Under the pieces are notes generated by a model. That model worked only from the letters and a program-made list of their open reading frames with translations, made no database searches and had not been told where the DNA came from. Positions 1 to 8,660 of a stretch of 34,075 nt of DNA are shown in pieces. Numbering within the stretch: the first letter of the stretch is position 1; the number at the start of each line of letters is the position of its first letter. A program made the translations under genes and the position numbers. The stretch comes from ANME-2 cluster archaeon (GTDB taxonomy: Archaea > Halobacteriota > Methanosarcinia > Methanosarcinales > Methanocomedenaceae), in assembly GCA_023544605.1 (NCBI GenBank), contig JAMJFQ010000003.1, forward strand, positions 1-34,075. The letters are read 5' to 3'.

Positions 1-13
1 AGTTTGGGAATGA

Positions 14-89
14 AAACAGATTCTGAATTTTGATGTAATAGATCAACAAACAGATTCTGAATTTTGATGTAATAGATCAACAAACAGAT
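14..89. repeat. 34-bp perfect tandem repeat, 2.2 copies
   Basis: AAACAGATTCTGAATTTTGATGTAATAGATCAAC at 14-47 and 48-81, plus partial AAACAGAT at 82-89; no spacers. Confidence 0.95.
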
Positions 90-130
90 CACTGCGGTAA
101 ACATTGTATTATATCACATAACTGGATTAC

Positions 131-308
131 GGCACAATACCAAAATCCAGTTATACAGTGAATATATCTTAAATAGATACGACTACAAATCTGTGTTAAT
201 CAGTGAAATCCGTGTCTTTTTATATTTCCAGACACTGATTAACACCGATTCACACAGATTTTACCTAAAGTCGGTGTCAACAAAATAACTGATTTTTGGA
301 ACAGTGCC
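131..308 (-). mobile_element. MITE-like hairpin element, 178 bp; inverted copy of 22744-22919
   Basis: Imperfect 24-bp terminal inverted repeats GGCACAATACCAAAATCCAGTTAT (131-154) and ATAACTGATTTTTGGAACAGTGCC (285-308); internal ~31-bp-arm hairpin 187-261; about 85% identical by manual alignment to the reverse complement of 22744-22919; no ORF; no target duplication visible. Confidence 0.85.
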
Positions 309-670
309 TTAGCACATATCATCTGCTAATCCGATCCCTCCTTCAGCTCTCCTGCCGCCCCTTTTGGTTCACTTATACAGGGTACGCCGTTCTGATTTGC
401 TCTCGACCGCCCTTGTGGTGTGGGGGGCTGGCTAGTGCTTTTCAATTAATCTGGTAATTTATTTTATGGAATTCGAAACATTATTACTGAACTAATTTTA
501 TGGATAAGTCCTTCATTTCCAATGGAGACAGCCCTTCTCAAGATACTCTCCGCCGCCCGTCCTCTTCACTCCTAGGCACTGTCCCTCTATCACTCAAAAG
601 ACCGCCCTGACTTATGCTACCGCCACCCTTTACCACAAGTAGCTACACCCGGTGCATCAGAATAGTGGGA

Positions 671-1153
671 TTACCCTTCGCCCCATCTTTTTGCCTCAAT
701 CCTGTAGAGTCCATCTACTCGCTCTATTTTCGGGAATTCCCTTATCTCATCCACCCGGAACCCCTTCCCATCCGCTTCGAATCTCTCGGCCACAACGTTC
801 CAAGGAATAGCAAAGGCAACCCGCCCCTTGCCTACACCCTGCCGCAGTTCCACTGCTAAAAACCCTTTCCTGCCTGAGAGCCTGAGGAAATCCGACATCC
901 TGTCCACCTGGTGCGCTCCCTGTTTGTCTGTTGTGAAATGCTGGGTGAAATACAGTGCTTTCGTTCCCTTGTCAGTAGAGATGCTCTTGCATTCGATACC
1001 AAGGTAGTAGTCAGGGTGGAGGGAATCCACAATAACATCCAGGAACTGGTGGGTGAACCTGTGCTGTTTGAGTCTGAAAGAGATTCCTTTGATGCCGTTT
1101 TCCTGGAAAAATATGTTGAATGATCTTACAAGCTGTCGTTCGAACTCTGTCAT
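671..1153 (-). CDS. PD-(D/E)xK nuclease, Holliday-junction-resolvase-like
   Basis: N-terminal FER helix, D...IECKS catalytic motif (FLDVIVD...GIECKS), GFLAVEL strand; start set at MTEF (1153). Confidence 0.65.
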   Translation of the reverse strand: MTEFERQLVRSFNIFFQENGIKGISFRLKQHRFTHQFLDVIVDSLHPDYYLGIECKSISTDKGTKALYFTQHFTTDKQGAHQVDRMSDFLRLSGRKGFLAVELRQGVGKGRVAFAIPWNVVAERFEADGKGFRVDEIREFPKIERVDGLYRIEAKRWGEG

Positions 1154-1300
1154 ATCATGCACCGCGTTGTACGTGGTGTAGTGTTTTCGTCATAACCATT
1201 TTAATGTTGCTATCAGTATTGCTATTATGTATCATCATATTCAATCAGGCACTATCAGGAACCATCAGGTTTAACTTCAATGAAATCTTATCAGGGGTCA

Positions 1301-1483
1301 ATGAAAAAGATATATCTGGAGATAGGTTCTTCAGTGGGCCTGGTACTTTTATTCATCATTGCCCTGGTCATTGTTAACACAACATTTGTGGCTCATTCCG
1401 CTTATGGTAATGTTGCATTGCTCTTAGTTTTCGTAATCGTCGCTGGGATAATTGGTCTCAAGCTGGCTGAAATTCAAGATTAG
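1301..1483 (+). CDS. Small two-TM membrane protein of unknown function
   Basis: 60-aa ORF with two hydrophobic helices; start set at MKKIY. Confidence 0.65.
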   Translation: MKKIYLEIGSSVGLVLLFIIALVIVNTTFVAHSAYGNVALLLVFVIVAGIIGLKLAEIQD

Positions 1484-1504
1484 CTGTTTCCCAAAAACCC
1501 GGGG

Positions 1505-1520
1505 GAAAGGTTTTTATATA
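1505..1520 (+). promoter_or_regulatory. Putative archaeal BRE/TATA promoter for the roadblock gene
   Basis: GAAAGG followed by TTTTTATATA about 40-50 bp upstream of ATG 1561. Confidence 0.5.
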
Positions 1521-1560
1521 AGATACTCTTACATTTAATTATTTAAACAGTGAAACAGGC

Positions 1561-1929
1561 ATGTCTAAAAGCATAAATATGGACATATTGTTCAAAAAAG
1601 TACAAAAAGACCTGTCGAACCTAAAGGGAGTGAAAAAATCCCTGGTTGCCAGTCAAGATGGATATATCTTCAGCAATACTGCCGAGTCAATGTTAGAAAT
1701 GTATGCAAAGGCATCGGCAGCACTGTTAAGGACAGCAGATACAGCCACAGCAAAAGTGGGTAGGAATTGTTCAAAACGGGTGGTCATAGACTACCCTAAT
1801 GAAAGGCTTATAGCCATACGTGCAGGCCCCAAAGCCCTTGTGGCAGTCATTGCAAGAACCGGCACCGGACTGGATCCCCTCATAATAGAACTCGACAAAG
1901 CTGCAGATAAGGTCCGAGAGATAATATAG
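1561..1929 (+). CDS. Roadblock/LC7 (MglB-like) domain protein
   Basis: 122 aa; GVKKSLVASQDG motif, central helix, three beta strands and a C-terminal helix typical of roadblock domains. Confidence 0.75.
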   Translation: MSKSINMDILFKKVQKDLSNLKGVKKSLVASQDGYIFSNTAESMLEMYAKASAALLRTADTATAKVGRNCSKRVVIDYPNERLIAIRAGPKALVAVIARTGTGLDPLIIELDKAADKVREII

Positions 1930-1998
1930 TCCTTCAAACTAAATATTTAAGGGTCTTGAAAACTGTCTGAGCTGACAGCATTTAACAGAGGTATACCC

Positions 1999-3006
1999 TT
2001 GACAAACACGTCAGGACCCATTATTCTCGGAATAGAAGGCACAGCATGGAACCTGAGCGCAGCCATCGTGGATTACAACGATGTAATAACAGAGACCACA
2101 GCTACTTATTCTCCACCCACTGGCGGCATTCATCCCAGGGAAGCATCCCAGCACCATGCCGACCACATAGGATCAGTAATCACAAAGGTATTTTTAGAAG
2201 CAGATGGTAAGGGAATCAATCCTTCTGACATTGATGCAGTGGCATTCTCCCAGGGTCCGGGTTTAGGACCATGCCTGCGTACTGTAGCTACTGCTGCCAG
2301 GGCACTATCCCTTTCGTTGGACATCCCGCTCATAGGTGTTAACCACTGCATCGCCCACATCGAGGTCGGGCGCTGGAAAACTGATGCCGTCGATCCGGTG
2401 GTGCTGTATGTAAGTGGAGCCAATTCACAAGTACTGGCATACAGGAAGGGGCGGTACCGGGTATTTGGGGAGACCCTGGATATAGGCATTGGTAACGCTC
2501 TTGATAAGTTTGCAAGAGGCGCGGGACTTTTGCACCCGGGTGGTCCCAGGATAGAGGAACTGGCCAAAGGAGCCACATCGTACATCCATTTGCCCTATGT
2601 TGTCAAGGGCATGGACTTCTCCTTCACTGGCATGTCCACGGCAGCATCTAACGCCCTTCAATCGTCCCTGTTGGAAGATGTATGTTATTCCCTGCAGGAG
2701 AATGCATTCGCAATGCTGGTAGAGGTGACCGAGCGAGCCGTAGCACATACGGGTAAGGACGAGGTACTACTGGCCGGGGGCGTGGGCGCTAATATGCGGT
2801 TACAGGAGATGTTGAAAATTATGTGCCGTGAGCGTGGTATCAAGTTCTATGCGCCCGAGCGTCGGTTCATGGGAGATAACGGCACTATGATCGCATATCT
2901 GGGACTAATAATGTACCAGCACCATACCTTCACGTCCATATCGCAATCCCATGCGTGGCCCAATTACAGACCTGACGATACGCCCGTGACCTGGCGCCAG
3001 GACTGA
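1999..3006 (+). CDS. kae1: tRNA N6-adenosine threonylcarbamoyltransferase Kae1 (not fused to Bud32)
   Basis: LGIEGTAW, GGIHPREA, SQGPGLGPCL, HCIAH metal motif, LYVSGAN, GGVGAN, DNG, NYRPD..VTW. Confidence 0.97.
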   Translation: MTNTSGPIILGIEGTAWNLSAAIVDYNDVITETTATYSPPTGGIHPREASQHHADHIGSVITKVFLEADGKGINPSDIDAVAFSQGPGLGPCLRTVATAARALSLSLDIPLIGVNHCIAHIEVGRWKTDAVDPVVLYVSGANSQVLAYRKGRYRVFGETLDIGIGNALDKFARGAGLLHPGGPRIEELAKGATSYIHLPYVVKGMDFSFTGMSTAASNALQSSLLEDVCYSLQENAFAMLVEVTERAVAHTGKDEVLLAGGVGANMRLQEMLKIMCRERGIKFYAPERRFMGDNGTMIAYLGLIMYQHHTFTSISQSHAWPNYRPDDTPVTWRQD

Positions 3007-3129
3007 ACACAATCTATCCATTTGAAATCGTGGGGTAAACTACGTATAACTATGGTGATTTATGCTCATATTCCGACAACAAAAGCAAAAAGGAATACTT
3101 ATTTTATGCCTGCCATCGTCATAGGGCTG

Positions 3130-4593
3130 ATGAATGCCAAACCTTTGGAATGGGCAGAAAAATATCGACCCCGGGTGTTGACAGAATTAGCAGGGCACCC
3201 TAATATTGTAAAAGAACTACTTGGGTGGGGGCAGGGCTGGGAGAAGGGTATACCTAAGGACAGGGCGCTGATACTGTACGGCAAACCTGGTATCGGCAAG
3301 ACCTCTGCAGCCTTTGCATTGGCAAACCAGATGGAATGGGATGTAATAGAACTCAACGCCAGTGACCAGCGCACGGCAAGTATCATCCAGAAAGTAGCCG
3401 GTTCTGCAAGTATGATGGGGACCTTTGATGGCACTTCCGGACGGCGCCTCGTCATACTGGATGAAGCCGATAACCTGCACGGCAACTATGACCGGGGCGG
3501 TGCCAGGGCCATCATCAATGTTGTCAAGAACACAAAACAACCTCTCATCCTGATAGCCAACGAGTTCTATGACATGGACTCTGCGCTGCGCCTGGCATGT
3601 AAACCGGTACAGTTTCGGGTAATGAACAACACTACCATGGTGAATGTACTCAAATCTATCTGCAGGCAAGAAGGTGTCATGGCGGGTGTTGGCGTTATAG
3701 AGCAGATCGCCGACAATGCCGGTGGAGATCTGCGAAGCGCTATTAATGACCTGCAGGCTATCGCTATAGGGAAACATGAACTTGATGTGGATGATATCGT
3801 CACTGCTCCAAGAGATACCAGGGAAACAGTTTTTAGGGCAATGGACAAGATATTCAAAGCCTCTGACATGAGGTCTGCCCAGGAAGCTGCATGGCATGTG
3901 GATGAGAGTCCTGATAATCTTATCAACTGGATAGACGAGAACCTGCCTGTAGGATATACGGATGAGAGGGATATGTCGGCTGGTTTTTGCCAGTTGTCCA
4001 GGGCAGACCAGTTCCTTGGTCGGGTAAGGATCAGGCAGAACTACAGGCTGTGGCGGTATGCCAGCCTGTTCATGACAGGCGGTGTGGCTGCTGTTAAGAC
4101 CCGGAACTATACAGGTTATAACAAATACCAGGCTCCTCAATTCTGGAAGAAACTTGGACAGACCAGGGCAAAACGCAATATAAGGGATTCCCTTGCCGGT
4201 AAGATTGGGGGTATATGCCATGTATCCAAGAGATATGCACGCTCAGACCTTATCTGGTTCTTTAAGCATATGATGAATAGTAAGGAACATGCTGTTGATG
4301 TGGCTGCTGAATTGGAAATGAATCCTGATGAGATAGCGTTTTTACTTGATACCAAGGCATCCACCAAGAAGGTCAAGACTATTTATGAGTCAGCCCAGCA
4401 ATTGATTCAGGCACGAGTGGAACATGATATAGAGGTGTTCGGCGGATTTACACATACAGCGCCGGTAGATGAACATCAGCTTGAACTGGACTTAATTGAA
4501 GCAGACAATAATGGCGATGCAGATGAGCCACTGGAAGATAACATTGCCAGCAAAGGAGATACAAAAAACCAGAGTTCGTTATTCGATTTTTGA
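3130..4593 (+). CDS. rfcL: Replication factor C large subunit
   Basis: WAEKYRP, Walker A GKPGIGKT, IELNASDQR, Walker B ILDEAD, GDLRSAINDLQ, C-terminal PIP box QSSLFDF; start set at MNAKP. Confidence 0.96.
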   Translation: MNAKPLEWAEKYRPRVLTELAGHPNIVKELLGWGQGWEKGIPKDRALILYGKPGIGKTSAAFALANQMEWDVIELNASDQRTASIIQKVAGSASMMGTFDGTSGRRLVILDEADNLHGNYDRGGARAIINVVKNTKQPLILIANEFYDMDSALRLACKPVQFRVMNNTTMVNVLKSICRQEGVMAGVGVIEQIADNAGGDLRSAINDLQAIAIGKHELDVDDIVTAPRDTRETVFRAMDKIFKASDMRSAQEAAWHVDESPDNLINWIDENLPVGYTDERDMSAGFCQLSRADQFLGRVRIRQNYRLWRYASLFMTGGVAAVKTRNYTGYNKYQAPQFWKKLGQTRAKRNIRDSLAGKIGGICHVSKRYARSDLIWFFKHMMNSKEHAVDVAAELEMNPDEIAFLLDTKASTKKVKTIYESAQQLIQARVEHDIEVFGGFTHTAPVDEHQLELDLIEADNNGDADEPLEDNIASKGDTKNQSSLFDF

Positions 4594-4604
4594 GGATTAC
4601 ACAG

Positions 4605-5210
4605 ATGACGGGAAAACTGATAACACTTGAAGGTATTGACGGTTCAGGCAAATCCACGATGAGAAAACGCCTGGAACATCATTTCAGGGATGACCCTGGC
4701 GTGATATTTACCAGGGAACCCACCAGGGATTGGACAGGTGAGGCAGTGAACCGGGCCATAAGGGAAGAAACTGACCATTTGGCAGAGTTATTCTTATTTG
4801 TTGCAGACCATGCAAACCACCTGAGCAGGACAATAAGACCTGCCCTTGAAAATAATAAGACCGTGATATCTGACAGATACTCGGACAGCAGGTATGCATA
4901 CCAGGGTGCCACGTTAAATGGGATCATCAATAAGCCCATGGAATGGGTTATAGAAATTCACAAAGGTTGGACTGTGGTCCCAGATAGTACTATCCTGTTC
5001 GATGTCAGCCCGGAAGTGGCAGTTTCCAGGGTGGGGAACCGTGACCATCAGACCAAGTTCGAGAAGATCAGTTTCCTGGAGCAAGTGCGCTCAAATTATC
5101 TTAGACTGGTAGATATACAGCCGGAGCGTTTCATTATTGTGGATGCTGAGCAACCATTTAGTAAGGTAGAACAAGCAGTGTTCAAAGCTGTAAAAGATAA
5201 TATGGCTTAA
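4605..5210 (+). CDS. tmk: Thymidylate kinase
   Basis: LITLEGIDGSGKST P-loop, TREP, DRYSDSRYAYQG. Confidence 0.96.
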   Translation: MTGKLITLEGIDGSGKSTMRKRLEHHFRDDPGVIFTREPTRDWTGEAVNRAIREETDHLAELFLFVADHANHLSRTIRPALENNKTVISDRYSDSRYAYQGATLNGIINKPMEWVIEIHKGWTVVPDSTILFDVSPEVAVSRVGNRDHQTKFEKISFLEQVRSNYLRLVDIQPERFIIVDAEQPFSKVEQAVFKAVKDNMA

Positions 5211-5235
5211 CAAATCACCAAAATAATAAAAATGA

Positions 5236-5525
5236 ATGGTGGGCTGACCCTCCAGATTTTGGAGGGCTCCCGGTTAGGGACTTACGCTTGCATTCACCCA
5301 CTCCTGCGCACGTACGTACATCGTACACATGCACCAACGTTCTTGAAATGAAGGAGGGAGGTCTGACCCTTCAAGACTATGTTCTGTCTTGTGCCTCTCA
5401 CGGCAATGTCAGTCAGCTCCGATATGTTATCGGAAGCATATACCTTCACTCTTTCATTGCTAGCCCACGTAGCATGCACTTCAGTGGTGTCAGTTCTATT
5501 TCTGACCTCGAAATACTGAAGCATG
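5236..5525 (-). ncRNA. Candidate large structured non-coding RNA (~290 nt), family unknown; overlaps a 76-aa ORF with no recognisable motif
   Basis: About ten nested helices by eye, including long-range GUGGGCU/AGCCCAC (5468-5462/5245-5239); TATA-like AAAAAATATAAT about 25 nt upstream; U-rich tract downstream. Confidence 0.55.
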
Positions 5526-5655
5526 GTTTATGTTGTTCTATACTCTATTATATTTTTTGGTAAATAACCAGATAACACCATTGAATATAAAATTGATAAC
5601 AATTACGATAACAATTAGGGTAATGAATAGAATAACTGGCCCGACAATAACGAAT

Positions 5656-6399
5656 TTAAATTGCCCTTGCAAATGTAATGAAACCAGTATGCCCTACCCT
5701 GCTCGTGGATGGGCGTGTCCCCCTTTCGCTGAATGATATTTCTCTCTGGGTACACTCCAGGGTGACCACCTCTTCAAATTTTGCAGAATTTATAGCCATG
5801 CGAACATCCCTGGCTTGCTCTATAAAAGGTGAGAACACCACAAGATATCCACCGGGTTTGAGCACCAGTAGGACATAGGGCACAACTTCAGCTGCTGTGT
5901 GCATATCAAGGGTTACCACATCAAAGGTCTCATCCAATGAACGTATTTCCTCAACTAAATCGCCCCCCCTGACATCCACGTTATCAAGTCCTGCTAGTGC
6001 AATGTTTGACCTTGCCACCTCTGCAAAATCCTCCCTTACCTCAAAGGTCACAACCTTCCTGGCAACAAGCCCCAGATAGATGGCAAGGATACCTGAACCC
6101 GTACCAGCATCCAATACAGTATCCTCTTTATTGAGACCAGTGTGGCCCATTATCATCCCGATATCTTTTGGACTAATAGGAGCCCCGGTTCGTTTTATAG
6201 AATTGAAAAGATCAATAGCCCTCAGGCGATATATCTCCATTTCAAAACCAAGGTGGGATGCGATAATGTCTCCATACTCCTTTTCCAGAAGTTGACCCAA
6301 CTTGAAAACTCCCACTTCGGTATGAAGGTCTTCATTACCTGCACTAACAATATATTTCTTACCGCCCCCTTTAAGCAGTACAGCCACTCCCTGTTTCAA
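5656..6399 (-). CDS. trmI: tRNA (adenine-57/58-N1)-methyltransferase TrmI (GCD14 family)
   Basis: PKDIG, VLDAGTGSG SAM motif, FEVREDF, LDM, FSPFIEQ, TRP...GHTGFITFAR. Confidence 0.93.
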   Translation of the reverse strand: MKQGVAVLLKGGGKKYIVSAGNEDLHTEVGVFKLGQLLEKEYGDIIASHLGFEMEIYRLRAIDLFNSIKRTGAPISPKDIGMIMGHTGLNKEDTVLDAGTGSGILAIYLGLVARKVVTFEVREDFAEVARSNIALAGLDNVDVRGGDLVEEIRSLDETFDVVTLDMHTAAEVVPYVLLVLKPGGYLVVFSPFIEQARDVRMAINSAKFEEVVTLECTQREISFSERGTRPSTSRVGHTGFITFARAI

Positions 6400-6495
6400 A
6401 ATCTATCACACTCAATTGATACTATCCGTGTAATTGGTTTTATCACGGGACAGGTTTCTTCATTAACGTATTTGATAAATTACCCTCCTACTATT

Positions 6496-8046
6496 TCAAG
6501 CAGTCTGATTATTGCGAACCAGCAAGGAATGCCCGGTCATCTGGGGTGGGATATCCAGGTGGAGCAGCTCCAGCATGGTGGGGACAATATCCGCAAATAT
6601 CCCTTCCAGCAGGCTTACATTTTCCATTTGTGATACAAAGACCAGCGGCACCCGGTTAGTAGTATGCGCCGTATGTGGGCTGTTATCATCATAGTATATC
6701 ATCTGCTCGCTATTACCGTGATCAGACGTTACCAGTGCTGCACCACCGCAGGACTTTATTGCATCCAGCACCCTGCCCAGGCATTCATCCACAACTTGTG
6801 CAGACTGCACAGCAGCATCCAGCATACCGGTATGTCCCACCATATCCAGATTAGCATAATTAGCTATAATAACATCATAATTCCCGGACGTTATCCTGTT
6901 TTGCAATATTTCGGTCACTTCATAGGCACTCATCTCTGGTTGCAGGTCGTAGGTGGGTACTTTTGGTGAAGGGACAAGCACCCGTTCTTCTCCTGGATAT
7001 GGTTTTTCGACACCTCCATTGAAGAAGAATGTTACATGGGCATATTTTTCTGTCTCAGCAATGTGAAGCTGCCTTTTATTGCATTTGCTCAGATATTCGG
7101 CCAACGTATTTTCAATATGCGCATGGGGGAATGCAAGGGGCAGGTTAAAGGTCTCGTCATACTGGGTCATACAGACAAAATAGATGTCTGGCACCTGTTT
7201 TCGTTCAAAGCCGGAAAAATCATTTAACGTCACGGCGCCTGTCAGTTCCCTTGCCCTATCAGGTCTGAAATTGAAGAAAATCACAGCATCGCCATCATTT
7301 ATAGTGGGAGTGGCCTCTTTTCCTGACAACATCACAGTAGGTCTGATGAACTCGTCGTTCTCACCCCTCTCGTAAGCAGACGTCACGGCCTCCTGTGCAC
7401 TGGATGCCTTCTCACCTTCACCCAATGTCAGTGCATTGTATGCCAGGCTGACCCGCTCCCACCTCTTGTCCCGGTCCATGCTATAATACCGGCCACTTAC
7501 TGTGGCTATCTTCCCAACACCAAGTTCTTGCATTCGGTTTTCGGTCCGCATGATATATTGCAGGGCGGACCGGGGCGGTACATCCCTGCCATCCAAAAAA
7601 GCATGAATAAATACCCTGTCAAGTCCTATCTGCTTAGCCATCTCCAGCAACGAGAACAGATGGTCAATATGACTGTGGACGCCTCCATCAGACAACAAGC
7701 CCATAAGGTGAAGTGAGGACCCCATCTCCAGCGCATGATTAAAAGCACTTCTTAATACCTCATTGGAAAAAAAATCACCATTACCTATAGAATTATTTAT
7801 CATGGTAATGTCCTGGTATACCACCCTGCCCGAACCCAGGTTCAGGTGTCCAACCTCGCTATTCCCCATAAGACCTTCTGGGAGACCCACCGATTTACCA
7901 GAAGACTCTAGAGTAGTATTAGGATATTCACTCAACAGCCGGTCCATCACTGGTGTATGAGCTAGAGCTACTGCATTTCCCTCAGCTCGCTGATTAATGC
8001 CCCAACCGTCAAGTATTACCAGAACAATCGGTTTTGGAACTACCAT
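6496..8046 (-). CDS. gpmI: 2,3-bisphosphoglycerate-independent phosphoglycerate mutase (bacterial-type iPGM)
   Basis: LVILDGWG, MGNSEVGHLNLG, SDGGVHSH, DGRD, GRYYSMDRD, AETEKYAHVTFFFNGG, DMVGHTG, SDHGN. Confidence 0.97.
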   Translation of the reverse strand: MVVPKPIVLVILDGWGINQRAEGNAVALAHTPVMDRLLSEYPNTTLESSGKSVGLPEGLMGNSEVGHLNLGSGRVVYQDITMINNSIGNGDFFSNEVLRSAFNHALEMGSSLHLMGLLSDGGVHSHIDHLFSLLEMAKQIGLDRVFIHAFLDGRDVPPRSALQYIMRTENRMQELGVGKIATVSGRYYSMDRDKRWERVSLAYNALTLGEGEKASSAQEAVTSAYERGENDEFIRPTVMLSGKEATPTINDGDAVIFFNFRPDRARELTGAVTLNDFSGFERKQVPDIYFVCMTQYDETFNLPLAFPHAHIENTLAEYLSKCNKRQLHIAETEKYAHVTFFFNGGVEKPYPGEERVLVPSPKVPTYDLQPEMSAYEVTEILQNRITSGNYDVIIANYANLDMVGHTGMLDAAVQSAQVVDECLGRVLDAIKSCGGAALVTSDHGNSEQMIYYDDNSPHTAHTTNRVPLVFVSQMENVSLLEGIFADIVPTMLELLHLDIPPQMTGHSLLVRNNQTA

Positions 8047-8067
8047 TATATAGCAACCTTCATTGAG

Positions 8068-8550
8068 CTATTTCTTCTTTCCGAAGAGTTCATTCATGGT
8101 AATAATACTTCCAATTACCAATACAATTACAGACGCAATATTGAACATTAAGGAAGTATTATAATCCTGCCATATCTCACCCGTACGGTTGGTGCCCAAT
8201 GGAATAACTAACGGCTCAAGCAGTGTCATATCCATTTTAGTATACAGGTAAATGGTAATTCCAACAATGATAAAGAACACCCCAAATACCAGATCAGGTG
8301 TATATAGGGTATGTCTATACTCGATCTTCTTCAGCGGTATCTGGAATTCGCCAAGGATCTCATCTTCTACTATCCTTCCCTCTACCCTGGCCAACAATTC
8401 CCTGTACTTAGTACTAAGACTGTTTTTGGTATGTTCAGATATCTCCTGATTCTGGTACTTCTCTTCTATCCTGATAAGAGCTCCTTCAATTTTAGTTTTG
8501 ATGCGATTTAGCTGAAAGATCATCTGTTCTTTTTGGACCATACTCTGCAC
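8068..8550 (-). CDS. Hypothetical membrane protein (N-terminal coiled coil, two C-terminal TM helices)
   Basis: 160-aa ORF filling the gap on the same strand as its neighbours; two hydrophobic segments. Confidence 0.75.
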   Translation of the reverse strand: MQSMVQKEQMIFQLNRIKTKIEGALIRIEEKYQNQEISEHTKNSLSTKYRELLARVEGRIVEDEILGEFQIPLKKIEYRHTLYTPDLVFGVFFIIVGITIYLYTKMDMTLLEPLVIPLGTNRTGEIWQDYNTSLMFNIASVIVLVIGSIITMNELFGKKK

Positions 8551-8610
8551 CTTCTAAATTAATATATGATATTAATAATTAAGATATATAGCAATATATC
8601 TTTTACTACC

Positions 8611-8650
8611 ATAAAAAAGAATAAGAGTACATGAAACTGTTCATGCACTC
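8611..8650 (-). terminator. Hairpin plus U-tract after the cytochrome gene
   Basis: Inverted repeat GAGTACATGAA/TTCATGCACTC (8625-8650) followed on the minus strand by TTATTCTTTTTT. Confidence 0.5.
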
Positions 8651-8660
8651 ACGTTCATTT

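Noticed and set aside
14-89. CRISPR array
   Set aside because: The repeat length fits, but the copies are directly adjacent with no spacers and there are no cas genes.
575-585. GGCACTGTCCC resembling the 11-bp MITE end core
   Set aside because: It has no adjoining AATCCAGTTA arm, partner end or target duplication, and could be chance.
310-670. C-rich intergenic stretch with recurring CCGCC(C) motifs; also the 81-aa ORF 614-859
   Set aside because: The motif is too short and irregularly spaced to support a repeat. The ORF is largely antisense to the nuclease gene.
3217-4221. 334-aa antisense ORF and the many other shadow ORFs in the track
   Set aside because: They lie opposite or within well-supported genes and carry no motifs.
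5236-5470. RNase P RNA, SRP RNA or tmRNA identity for the structured region
   Set aside because: It lacks GAGGAAAGUCC, the SRP helix 8 motif, a T-loop consensus and a G3:U70 pair.
5294-5524. 76-aa ORF as a real protein, or as a selenoprotein (TGA followed by hairpins)
   Set aside because: There is no recognisable motif, read-through adds only three more codons, and Methanosarcinales are not known to use selenocysteine. The RNA interpretation is preferred, though coding is not excluded.
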